Virus record (IMG/VR): IMGVR_UViG_3300037840_000148
Span: 1-64,000 of that record
DNA from: a virus
Length of the DNA: 64,000 nucleotides
Direction: 5' to 3' (one strand)
Position numbers and translations under genes: made by a program. Under the pieces are notes generated by a model that saw nothing but the letters and a program-made list of their open reading frames with translations, had not been told where the DNA came from and searched no databases. The stretch's first letter is position 1, and each line of letters begins with the position of its first letter. Positions 56,433-64,000 of the stretch are shown piece by piece.

Positions 56433-57002
56433 TCATAACGCTTTCTTTGGCCCACGGGCTTGATATTTATCCGGTTTCGCAACGAAACTTTCAAAATCCA
56501 CCGGAGCGTAATTTGTGTACTCGATAGCGAACAACCGCTGCCACGGATTATTTAACCGCTCGTGTTTCATGACATCATTGGCCGAAAAATCTCCATATTT
56601 TGGGTCATTAGGATGAAAACCGTGCCAGATATTGTGTAGATGCCCGTGCAAATTAAGCTCTGCCCCTTCCGGTAAAGACTTAGCGGGCTCGTGTGTCAAC
56701 CAACAGTTTCTAAACATCAAGCCGTCACATGCGAAATCAAATCCGGCTTTCATCCAACGGAGATTCGACCATTGCCGGTCGTGATTACCGCGAACAAGGA
56801 TCTTTTTGCCTGGTAATGCCGGTATAATCCAATCACTTTTCTTCCCGATTTGAACGTCTCCGAGATGGATTATCAAATCGTCCGGTTTCACGATTTGATT
56901 CCAATTCTTGATGATTCGCTCCGTGAAGTCCGTCGGGCGGTCGCAGTATGTCGTGATATTTTGATGATTAAAGTGGGTATCCGAGCAAATAAAAGTCTTC
57001 AT
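56433..57002 (-). CDS. Calcineurin-like metallophosphoesterase
   Basis: SDTHF.H, HLGD, GNHD, HEP, HGHLH. Confidence 0.9.
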   Translation of the reverse strand: MKTFICSDTHFNHQNITTYCDRPTDFTERIIKNWNQIVKPDDLIIHLGDVQIGKKSDWIIPALPGKKILVRGNHDRQWSNLRWMKAGFDFACDGLMFRNCWLTHEPAKSLPEGAELNLHGHLHNIWHGFHPNDPKYGDFSANDVMKHERLNNPWQRLFAIEYTNYAPVDFESFVAKPDKYQARGPKKAL

Positions 57003-57157
57003 GTCTTCGTCCTCTTCTGGAAACCAATTATCATGCCAATCAACTATCTTTATCATAAGGTAGCGCTGCTGCTAATACCAAGACTGCCAAGACTAGAAAT
57101 ATCCATAATATCCATAAAATCCACCGGTCAGGAATCGATTGAAGAAAATACAAAAAG

Positions 57158-57511
57158 CTATAATAGCCCATCTAGTGCTCCGATGCGGTAAAGGCGGTCT
57201 AGTTCGACTTGAAACCGCATCCCGTGGCCGCCATCTACAGGATAGCCTTTATAATCCTGTAAATCAAGATATGCGTGAGCCATTTCATGTAAAAGAACCA
57301 AGCTAGTAAGATTTTCATAACCCCTTAAACCGGAGTCAATCAAAATATACTTTTTATCGCTATTATAAACCCCGTCGGCATGCTTCATTCTGACCGTATT
57401 AGAAAAACCTACATAAGTCAGCATTATCTTGCTTTGAAAAAATTGAAAATTAAGTCGATCAAACTCTTTTTGGAGTTTCTTGTCCGTCATCTTTTTCATC
57501 TTTATTATCAA
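57158..57511 (-). CDS. SprT-like zinc metalloprotease
   Basis: F..LN..FF, LLHEMAH, HG..F. Confidence 0.82.
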   Translation of the reverse strand: MIIKMKKMTDKKLQKEFDRLNFQFFQSKIMLTYVGFSNTVRMKHADGVYNSDKKYILIDSGLRGYENLTSLVLLHEMAHAYLDLQDYKGYPVDGGHGMRFQVELDRLYRIGALDGLL

Positions 57512-58136
57512 TCCTCAATTCATATGTCCCGAGTTCAGCGACACATGTAAATAGCGTCCGGTCCCACTCAAGTTGTTTATCTACGTAATAATGCCCAAAA
57601 CACCACTCTTTCGGTTGATGGATATCAAACATCGCCTGTAAAGCTTCGGCTGTTCTGGACATCGAGCACTCCATCTTAGCCGTGAAATACGGCCCGACTA
57701 AAGTCATAAGAAGCATTTTAGCTATTTTAGACGGCGCTTCGTGCGACAAAACAAACTTCGGCTTGACAGTTTCATAAAAATCAATAGCTTTTTGAAGCTC
57801 TTCGTAACTCAATTCTTCATCCGGCCACCATGAAACGCCTGTTTGGCGCACCATTCTGTCAATTGAAAATGCCCCGGCGAGCCAGAATAGTTCATACTCA
57901 GGTAGGTATCCCCAATCACCGAGATAATTCGGGTGCTTTCGGCACTTCTCCGGATTATCGTGATTCCCCCGGAACCATTTATGGTCCTGGGACATATTAT
58001 GGACGACTACACCAGAAAAGCCGACGCCCATATCGCCAACTTGGATGCTTTTTTGACCATCCGGAAGATTACGAACTAAACGCTTATAGTCTCCAGTCTT
58101 CCCGTGGACATCTCCAATAACGACAATTTTAGTCAT
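57459..58136 (-). CDS. Calcineurin-like metallophosphoesterase
   Basis: GDVHG, QVGDMG, GNHD, GAFSID, SHEAP, FGH. Confidence 0.9.
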   Translation of the reverse strand: MTKIVVIGDVHGKTGDYKRLVRNLPDGQKSIQVGDMGVGFSGVVVHNMSQDHKWFRGNHDNPEKCRKHPNYLGDWGYLPEYELFWLAGAFSIDRMVRQTGVSWWPDEELSYEELQKAIDFYETVKPKFVLSHEAPSKIAKMLLMTLVGPYFTAKMECSMSRTAEALQAMFDIHQPKEWCFGHYYVDKQLEWDRTLFTCVAELGTYELRIDNKDEKDDGQETPKRV

Positions 58137-59058
58137 GTTGATCTCGATACCAATCGATTGTACGCCTTAAACCCGTCATTATATCAGTCTTTGGCTGGAA
58201 GTCAAGTAATTTCTTTGATCTAGATGTATCTAGACACCGCCTTGGTTGACCGTCTGGCTTATCTCGGTGAGTAAAAAATGGCCACTTATAACCAATAATT
58301 TCAGCTATTCTTTCTGCTATCCCAAAAATCGAAATTTCTTCACCGCTGCCGAGGTTAATTGGATCAGGCTCATTATAGATTTCCATCGCTTTGACAATCG
58401 CTTCGGCACAATCTTCAACATAAAGAAAGTCGCGTGTTGTAAGACCGGAACCCCACATATCAACAAACTTCTCATTATTCTTGACTGCGAAATCAATTTT
58501 CTTAATCAATGCCGGAATAACGTGACTTGTTTCAGAATCGAAGTTATCCCCCGGCCCGTAAAGATTTGTCGGGATCAAATAGATTGAATTAAAAAGATAT
58601 TGCTGACGTAATGCCTGACTATACGTCAATAATAGCTTCTTAGCCAGACCGTATGGCGCGTTTGTTTCCTCCGGATAGCCATTATGGATGTCTTCTTCCT
58701 TGAACGGCACCGACGTCATTTTAGGGTAGGAACAAACAGTCCCGACAGTCACGAGTTTCTCGATGTCGAAGTCTTTCGCGGCTCTCATTATTTCCAAACC
58801 CATCACGGCATTATCATATAGAAAGTCAGCCGGACTAGTTTGATTCGCACCGATTCCACCGACGTTAGCGGCTAAATGGATTACTATTTCCGGACCTTCT
58901 ATCGAAAACATCCCGTCAACGTCTGTTTGATTTGTAAGATCATACCGTTCGTGTGACGGAACAATGACGTCTGAATACCCCCGTTCCCACAGCTTCTGAC
59001 AGACGTGCTTGCCGAGAAAGCCGTGACCGCCGGTGACTAAAATACGTTTACTTAGCAT
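58129..59058 (-). CDS. fcl: GDP-L-fucose synthase
   Basis: [38 protein letters not shown]...[15 protein letters not shown]. Confidence 0.95.
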   Translation of the reverse strand: MLSKRILVTGGHGFLGKHVCQKLWERGYSDVIVPSHERYDLTNQTDVDGMFSIEGPEIVIHLAANVGGIGANQTSPADFLYDNAVMGLEIMRAAKDFDIEKLVTVGTVCSYPKMTSVPFKEEDIHNGYPEETNAPYGLAKKLLLTYSQALRQQYLFNSIYLIPTNLYGPGDNFDSETSHVIPALIKKIDFAVKNNEKFVDMWGSGLTTRDFLYVEDCAEAIVKAMEIYNEPDPINLGSGEEISIFGIAERIAEIIGYKWPFFTHRDKPDGQPRRCLDTSRSKKLLDFQPKTDIMTGLRRTIDWYRDQHD

Positions 59059-60001
59059 ATATTTCCGAGTTCACCATGATTTTTACTAATTCTTTGAACT
59101 TCACTTTTGGCGTCCAACCGAGTTTTTCCTTTGCGTAAGAGGCGTCTCCTAACAAGTTTTCAACTTCCGTCGGACGATAATACTTCGGGTCAACTTCGAC
59201 ATAATCTTCCCAATCTAGTCCAAGATATGTAAACGCCTCATAACAGAATTCACGGACTGAATGTGATTCACCGGTTGCTAGGACATAATCATCCGGAATA
59301 TCTCGCTGAAGCATCCGCCACATCCCTTCAACAAATTCCGGCGCGTATCCCCAATCTCTCGTGGCCGACAAATTACCGAGTCTCAGAACGCCGCGCAGAC
59401 CGCGATAAATCTCGACAGCACCTTTGACAATCTTCTGAGTTACGAATGTCTCGCCTCGCCGCGGTGATTCGTGGTTGAACAAAATCCCGTTTGAAACGTG
59501 CATCTTATATCCTTCTCGATAATTCCTTGCCATCCAATATCCATACAATTTAGAAATGCCGTACGGGCTGCGAGGCGCAAATTTTGTATATTCATTCTGA
59601 GGAACGCAAGTAGTATTACCAAACATTTCGCTACTCGATGCCTGATAAAACCTTGATTCAGGCACGATATCTCGAACGGCTTCTAATAAACGTAATGTTC
59701 CAATAGCATCAGCGTTAGTTGTGTATTCCGGGATATCAAAACTACTCCGAACGTGTGATTGTGCCCCCAATGCGTAAATTTCATCTGGTTTTGAATCATA
59801 TACTAGTTTTCGGATTGATCCGGTATCCGTTAAATCGGCATAAATCAAATTTAACTTATCAAAAATATGGTCGATTCTTCTAGTATTAAAACTAGACGAT
59901 CTACGTAAAGAACCGTAGACAGAATAACCCTTCTGCAATAAAAGTTCGGCGAGATAAGAACCGTCCTGGCCCGTAATTCCAGTGATCAAAGCACGCTTCA
60001 T
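59048..60001 (-). CDS. gmd: GDP-mannose 4,6-dehydratase
   Basis: [30 protein letters not shown]...[20 protein letters not shown]. Confidence 0.97.
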   Translation of the reverse strand: MKRALITGITGQDGSYLAELLLQKGYSVYGSLRRSSSFNTRRIDHIFDKLNLIYADLTDTGSIRKLVYDSKPDEIYALGAQSHVRSSFDIPEYTTNADAIGTLRLLEAVRDIVPESRFYQASSSEMFGNTTCVPQNEYTKFAPRSPYGISKLYGYWMARNYREGYKMHVSNGILFNHESPRRGETFVTQKIVKGAVEIYRGLRGVLRLGNLSATRDWGYAPEFVEGMWRMLQRDIPDDYVLATGESHSVREFCYEAFTYLGLDWEDYVEVDPKYYRPTEVENLLGDASYAKEKLGWTPKVKFKELVKIMVNSEIYAK

Positions 60002-61716
60002 CGACGGCCTCGTTGCGAATCCCGCTGCTCTCTGAACTTCCTGGCGCTTTCAATCCTGTCCTGTCGTTCTTTATCGTTTGATTTCGGTGTAATTCGGCCG
60101 TTATCCAAAACGCGGTCTGCCCAATCCGCGCCGGGGTATATGTTGCTGAGATACGGCGGATGTAAACCGCGAATTTCGTCGAGTTTCTTGCCATTCCGTT
60201 CGATAAATAGCGAACACCCAGCATAGAAATGCGGGAATTCCGGTTCGTTAGCTAGAAACATTGCTGGTTCTTTTGTCAAGGACATTTTCAAATTGTAGCA
60301 AATCCAGCTTGCCGCGCTTTGGTCATGCCTGTGTCCGAGAACATCAGGATTGCTTGATGCTTGAAGTTTTTCGTTTGTCCACGGACCTCGGAAGACGCCA
60401 AGTTTAGCCAACCGCTTATATTCTTCAAAGAATTGAACCGCGGTGGGGTTCAGGAAATTCAAAGCAAAAGCCGTACAGATTACCTGCGGAACCTTCTTCA
60501 TTTCATTCCGCTGACGGTCGATTAGTTTCAAAGCCTCGTCAGAGATCCACTCGTAATTAGTATTAGGTCCGTTAATCGAGATCCAATAACCTTGCTTCTC
60601 GACTAAATTCCAGATTGTTTCAAGACTCCTGACCGCGATAACGGATGAATCCGCCCACAGAATCTTAGTATAGCCTAGCCGCCGGGCTTCCTCGATAGCG
60701 TGGATCTTGAATTCATATGGACTGTCTTCGTGTGTCGGTGAGCCGACCGGCAGGACATCCTTGAACGTCATGATTTTCGCGCCTGGGCTATTGACTTGCA
60801 TCTGATGAACGAACCGGTCGAGGTTATCCGAGAAAGGCTTCCCGATCAGTTCTTCTTCATTCTGTTTCCCTGTATACTCACGTTTTCCTACCGCGACTGT
60901 CACGATTGTTTTATCCGTGCTGAGACTACCCATAAGCTGCCACCTCCGTGGAATCATATCTCTTGAATCTAGATGTTCGACTACAAACCACTTCCGTGGG
61001 GCGCAGACGATCCTGTCAGCTTTATTATCCCCCAAAAATGCCGCCCACCAACCGTAGCTGGAATTCGAAATTACTGCGTGCTGACATTGACTCATTAAGT
61101 GCATATCCCAAAAACGGTCGCCAGTTGAAATTATTTCGCCTTCGATGTTTTCATGGCACCAATCCGGATCATCGCTAAAAATGAAAGGCTTCGCGTGCGG
61201 ATACTTTTGCCTGATACTATTAATACAATTTTGATAATACGCTATCGGCATCAAGCCATGATAATCCTGTAAACTGACATAATCGCCACGACGAACATGG
61301 ACGCCAACTGAATCACTTGTGTTTAGTATTTTATTCAACAATTCGCTGACGTCTTTTTTAGGAAAGTTCTTTGGAACAAACTCCTTTCGAAGCTCATCAG
61401 CGACACACTCAATATACCGTTCGCTTTGCCAATGCCCCGTCAATGTGCAGTTTCGTGGTGGATCGTAGATGTCCGGCCGGAATGTCATATTAGAGTCTGT
61501 GATTTCAGGACCATCAGAGTCACCGAAAACAATCTTCGTCTTGAAGCCGTCAAGGCCGTATTGTGGCTTATTCAAAGCATGCGGCTCATTAGACGCAGGC
61601 AGAAGGTCACGTTTTTTAAATACGACTTCGTAGCCACGTTTTTGTAAACTTCGGCCCATCGCGTATTGAAAAAGTTGGTTCCCGAGACCGCCCATCAGCG
61701 CGATTGCGATTGGCAT
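59998..61716 (-). CDS. Alpha-1,2-fucosyltransferase (GT11) fused to a second GT-like domain
   Basis: [28 protein letters not shown]; C-terminal half K..AI...ILWADSS...HRHDQS. Confidence 0.88.
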   Translation of the reverse strand: MPIAIALMGGLGNQLFQYAMGRSLQKRGYEVVFKKRDLLPASNEPHALNKPQYGLDGFKTKIVFGDSDGPEITDSNMTFRPDIYDPPRNCTLTGHWQSERYIECVADELRKEFVPKNFPKKDVSELLNKILNTSDSVGVHVRRGDYVSLQDYHGLMPIAYYQNCINSIRQKYPHAKPFIFSDDPDWCHENIEGEIISTGDRFWDMHLMSQCQHAVISNSSYGWWAAFLGDNKADRIVCAPRKWFVVEHLDSRDMIPRRWQLMGSLSTDKTIVTVAVGKREYTGKQNEEELIGKPFSDNLDRFVHQMQVNSPGAKIMTFKDVLPVGSPTHEDSPYEFKIHAIEEARRLGYTKILWADSSVIAVRSLETIWNLVEKQGYWISINGPNTNYEWISDEALKLIDRQRNEMKKVPQVICTAFALNFLNPTAVQFFEEYKRLAKLGVFRGPWTNEKLQASSNPDVLGHRHDQSAASWICYNLKMSLTKEPAMFLANEPEFPHFYAGCSLFIERNGKKLDEIRGLHPPYLSNIYPGADWADRVLDNGRITPKSNDKERQDRIESARKFREQRDSQRGRR

Positions 61717-62252
61717 TCAATCTCCTTCTTTTCCATCCACTCAAGCACTTTTCTAACTTGTTCAGTCGTTGCTTTTGATTTTATCGCGTTAGCTAAATAT
61801 GATATAACCGAACAATTTTCTTTTGTGTATCCTAACTCTGGTATAAATCTATCCAAACTTGCAGACGTATCAGTTTGTGTAAAATGCGATAAATTAAATG
61901 GTGTACCAAAAACAGGACATTTACCATTTCCGATTAGCTCCAAAAGATCCTCTTTCGTAATACTTATTGGTAAATTCATCTTTTTAGCTCTTTGTTTCGC
62001 AGATGTTAGCATTTGTTGAGCCACAGCAGGAAATCCTATACACATTTTACACTGGTGTCTAATTCGACCGTGCCCGCAAATCTGATGACCGCCACAATCA
62101 GGACATCTTGATTTTCTACGACTATGTATGCAAAACTGATTTCCTGTTCCACATTTACTACATTGAATGGGAACATTTCCGTGTTTACAAAAAGGCCCTA
62201 TATTGCACTCTTTACAACAATTCTTTCTTCTGCCATGTTTACAATTACTCAT
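61695..62252 (-). CDS. HNH-type endonuclease with four CxH..CxxC repeats
   Basis: AK.RAK...., CPVFG, SLDR..P..GY...N.......N..K; AT-rich. Confidence 0.75.
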   Translation of the reverse strand: MSNCKHGRRKNCCKECNIGPFCKHGNVPIQCSKCGTGNQFCIHSRRKSRCPDCGGHQICGHGRIRHQCKMCIGFPAVAQQMLTSAKQRAKKMNLPISITKEDLLELIGNGKCPVFGTPFNLSHFTQTDTSASLDRFIPELGYTKENCSVISYLANAIKSKATTEQVRKVLEWMEKKEIECQSQSR

Positions 62253-62935
62253 TTATTTTTTAAAAAATCAGGATGAAACCTTCTTATTTTCTCTGTATAC
62301 TCTTCTTTTTTATTCCATCCAACAGATGCAAACTGATTTTCTCTTCTCCTATACCAAAAAAGAGGCTCATTAATAGAAGCCATTTTCCAATTTCTAGCTA
62401 ATATCTCGATCCACAAAAACCAATCTTCCCAACTATCAATATCTGTTCTATAACCTCCTGCCTGCAGAAACGCTTCCCGGTCAATCAAAGACGTCACGGG
62501 GATTTCATTACTCTGCAATTGCTCTTCATACGTTCTGTTCTTAATCGGAATAACGCCGTTTTCAATCCCGAAATACATCATCTCCGTCGAGACAATCCCG
62601 ATTCCGGCAGTCATCAACGGCAAAGTCTTCTTGATGAAGTCCGGACGAATCATGTCGTCGGCATCTAACGGCAGAATGTAATCACCACATGACAAGCTGA
62701 CGGCGTGATTCCTAGCTGCCGCAGGTCCGGCATTTTTCTGCCGAACGAGCTTAATCAAATTTCCTTCATTGATAAATTTCTCGACGGTCGCGTAACTCGT
62801 ATCCGTCGAGCCATCATCCACGACAATTATCTCCCGTTTGACACCCTCGACTGGGTGTTGATTGATAGCCGAAAATACACTGCTTTCAATCGTCGCGGCG
62901 GCATTAAACATCGGGATAATTATGCTGACAATCAT
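62249..62935 (-). CDS. Glycosyltransferase family 2
   Basis: SIIIP.FN, VVDDGSTD, N.GPAAARN, LDADD, EDW. Confidence 0.93.
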   Translation of the reverse strand: MIVSIIIPMFNAAATIESSVFSAINQHPVEGVKREIIVVDDGSTDTSYATVEKFINEGNLIKLVRQKNAGPAAARNHAVSLSCGDYILPLDADDMIRPDFIKKTLPLMTAGIGIVSTEMMYFGIENGVIPIKNRTYEEQLQSNEIPVTSLIDREAFLQAGGYRTDIDSWEDWFLWIEILARNWKMASINEPLFWYRRRENQFASVGWNKKEEYTEKIRRFHPDFLKNK

Positions 62936-62938
62936 AAT

Positions 62939-63085
62939 TTACTCAAACTTAAACGGCCAAAATTTTAAACGTTCCCATATAGACATCACTATATAGATAA
63001 TTGCTATCCCAAGAGCCATACCCATAAAAGCTATAAAATACCCAACTATAGCGGCATAAAGAACCATCATTACGAATGTCTTCAT
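62939..63085 (-). CDS. 48-aa membrane protein, not in ORF track
   Basis: ATGA coupling; long hydrophobic stretch. Confidence 0.55.
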   Translation of the reverse strand: MKTFVMMVLYAAIVGYFIAFMGMALGIAIIYIVMSIWERLKFWPFKFE

Positions 63086-63777
63086 TTCTGAAAGCCCTTT
63101 TCACGCGCAACTAAAATTGGCTGATACTTCGCTCGGACTGAATCGTACCCCGGTCCTGCTGTTGGCTCTGGATAACAATACGCCGGTGTCAGGATTTTCG
63201 CGGGCGGGTTATAGTGTAAATAGTGGTTCAAGTGACTTTCATCATTATGGATTGCGATACAACCCCACTCTAGATCTTTATCGATGTTGTCTCGTAACGT
63301 TCTAGCCATTTTGAGATACGCTTGGGCATTACCACCATTAAAGCCGCCGCAGAAATAATACTTATTGCCTACAAGATAGGCGGTCGATTGCGGTCTTGTG
63401 CTTTCAGGAACTCCCGGGCCACCTTCCGGATAGCCGGGATGTAACGTCGCCGTGATGCCTTGACTGTAAATATTTCCGACTGGCGCGACGAATTCCATAT
63501 CAGCATCGACCCAGAAGATTTGATCATACGTTTCTAATTCTTTTTCAAGTATCAACATCGTATGATACCTGAAAAGCGTTTCTTTCGGGAAGCCTTTCGG
63601 TTCGATAATTACCATTTGTTTTATAATATCAGCAGGATAAGAATCAATAAAACAATCACTAAAAAGGAAAACATCTATCCCCTCCGGATAAAAGAATTTT
63701 TTGGCAGACCTGATCATCGTTTTAGCGAAAGGCCAGTACTGTTCGCCTGTCGCGATACAAATCAAGGCTATTTTCAT
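63082..63777 (-). CDS. Glycosyltransferase family 6 (ABO/alpha-Gal type)
   Basis: IATG.Y, F..SA..FF, DADM, HPGY, ST AY, YYFCGGFNGG, DESHLN.Y, L.P.Y.YP. Confidence 0.88.
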   Translation of the reverse strand: MKIALICIATGEQYWPFAKTMIRSAKKFFYPEGIDVFLFSDCFIDSYPADIIKQMVIIEPKGFPKETLFRYHTMLILEKELETYDQIFWVDADMEFVAPVGNIYSQGITATLHPGYPEGGPGVPESTRPQSTAYLVGNKYYFCGGFNGGNAQAYLKMARTLRDNIDKDLEWGCIAIHNDESHLNHYLHYNPPAKILTPAYCYPEPTAGPGYDSVRAKYQPILVAREKGFQK

Positions 63778-63998
63778 CTTCGGTTCTTCCGTTGCTCTTT
63801 AAACTTCCTACCCGATTCCATTCTAGCACGAGCCTCGTCGTTTGTCAACATCTTTAATTTCGGTTGCTTACTGAGCATCTTCATGACGTCGTATTCTTCG
63901 CTAGCGACTTCTTCGTACCACGGCTCAGGACGGCCGTGACGGTAAATTTCACGGATCATCTCAGGGAAAAATTTATGTTCGAAAACTGCAAACCGCTT
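63774..63998 (-). CDS. C-terminal part of a gene running off the window (probably glycan cluster)
   Basis: Frame open to the window edge; ATGA overlap with GT6. Confidence 0.6.
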   Translation of the reverse strand, partial: KRFAVFEHKFFPEMIREIYRHGRPEPWYEEVASEEYDVMKMLSKQPKLKMLTNDEARARMESGRKFKEQRKNRR

Positions 63999-64000
63999 GA

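Noticed and set aside
1-64000. Apparent abundance of CCGG as a DNA-modification signal
   Set aside because: Cannot be quantified by eye and may reflect ACC/TCC-GGN codon pairs; needs a codon-corrected k-mer test

Overview
A 64 kb fragment of a tailed dsDNA phage genome with podovirus-like architecture; no host genes are visible. The + strand (1-45.8 kb) carries a tRNA cluster, small membrane and protease genes, terminase, portal, scaffold, and a major capsid gene split by a 235-nt ORF-less group I intron and followed by a free-standing GIY-YIG-like endonuclease. These are followed by adaptor/nozzle/fibre genes interleaved with five Sec-signal-peptide adhesin-like genes, three ejection-type proteins (the last a 1735-aa multi-domain protein) and a glycosyltransferase. 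The - strand (45.8-64 kb) carries many small genes, a tyrosine recombinase, an AAA+ ATPase, SLT and GH108 muramidases, two metallophosphoesterases, an SprT-like protease and a glycan cluster (fcl, gmd, GT11 fusion, HNH, GT2, GT6) resembling an ABO/H-antigen pathway. The best novel-system candidate is an exported fibre/adhesin set: a signal-peptide FN3 subunit that lacks strand A at its N-terminus but carries it at its C-terminus, plus an adhesin ending in the same free strand. This suggests donor-strand polymerisation, possibly with glycosylation by the phage enzymes. The host is probably a diderm; Acidobacteriota is a guess from protein style only. All family calls come from motif recognition by eye, not from database searches.
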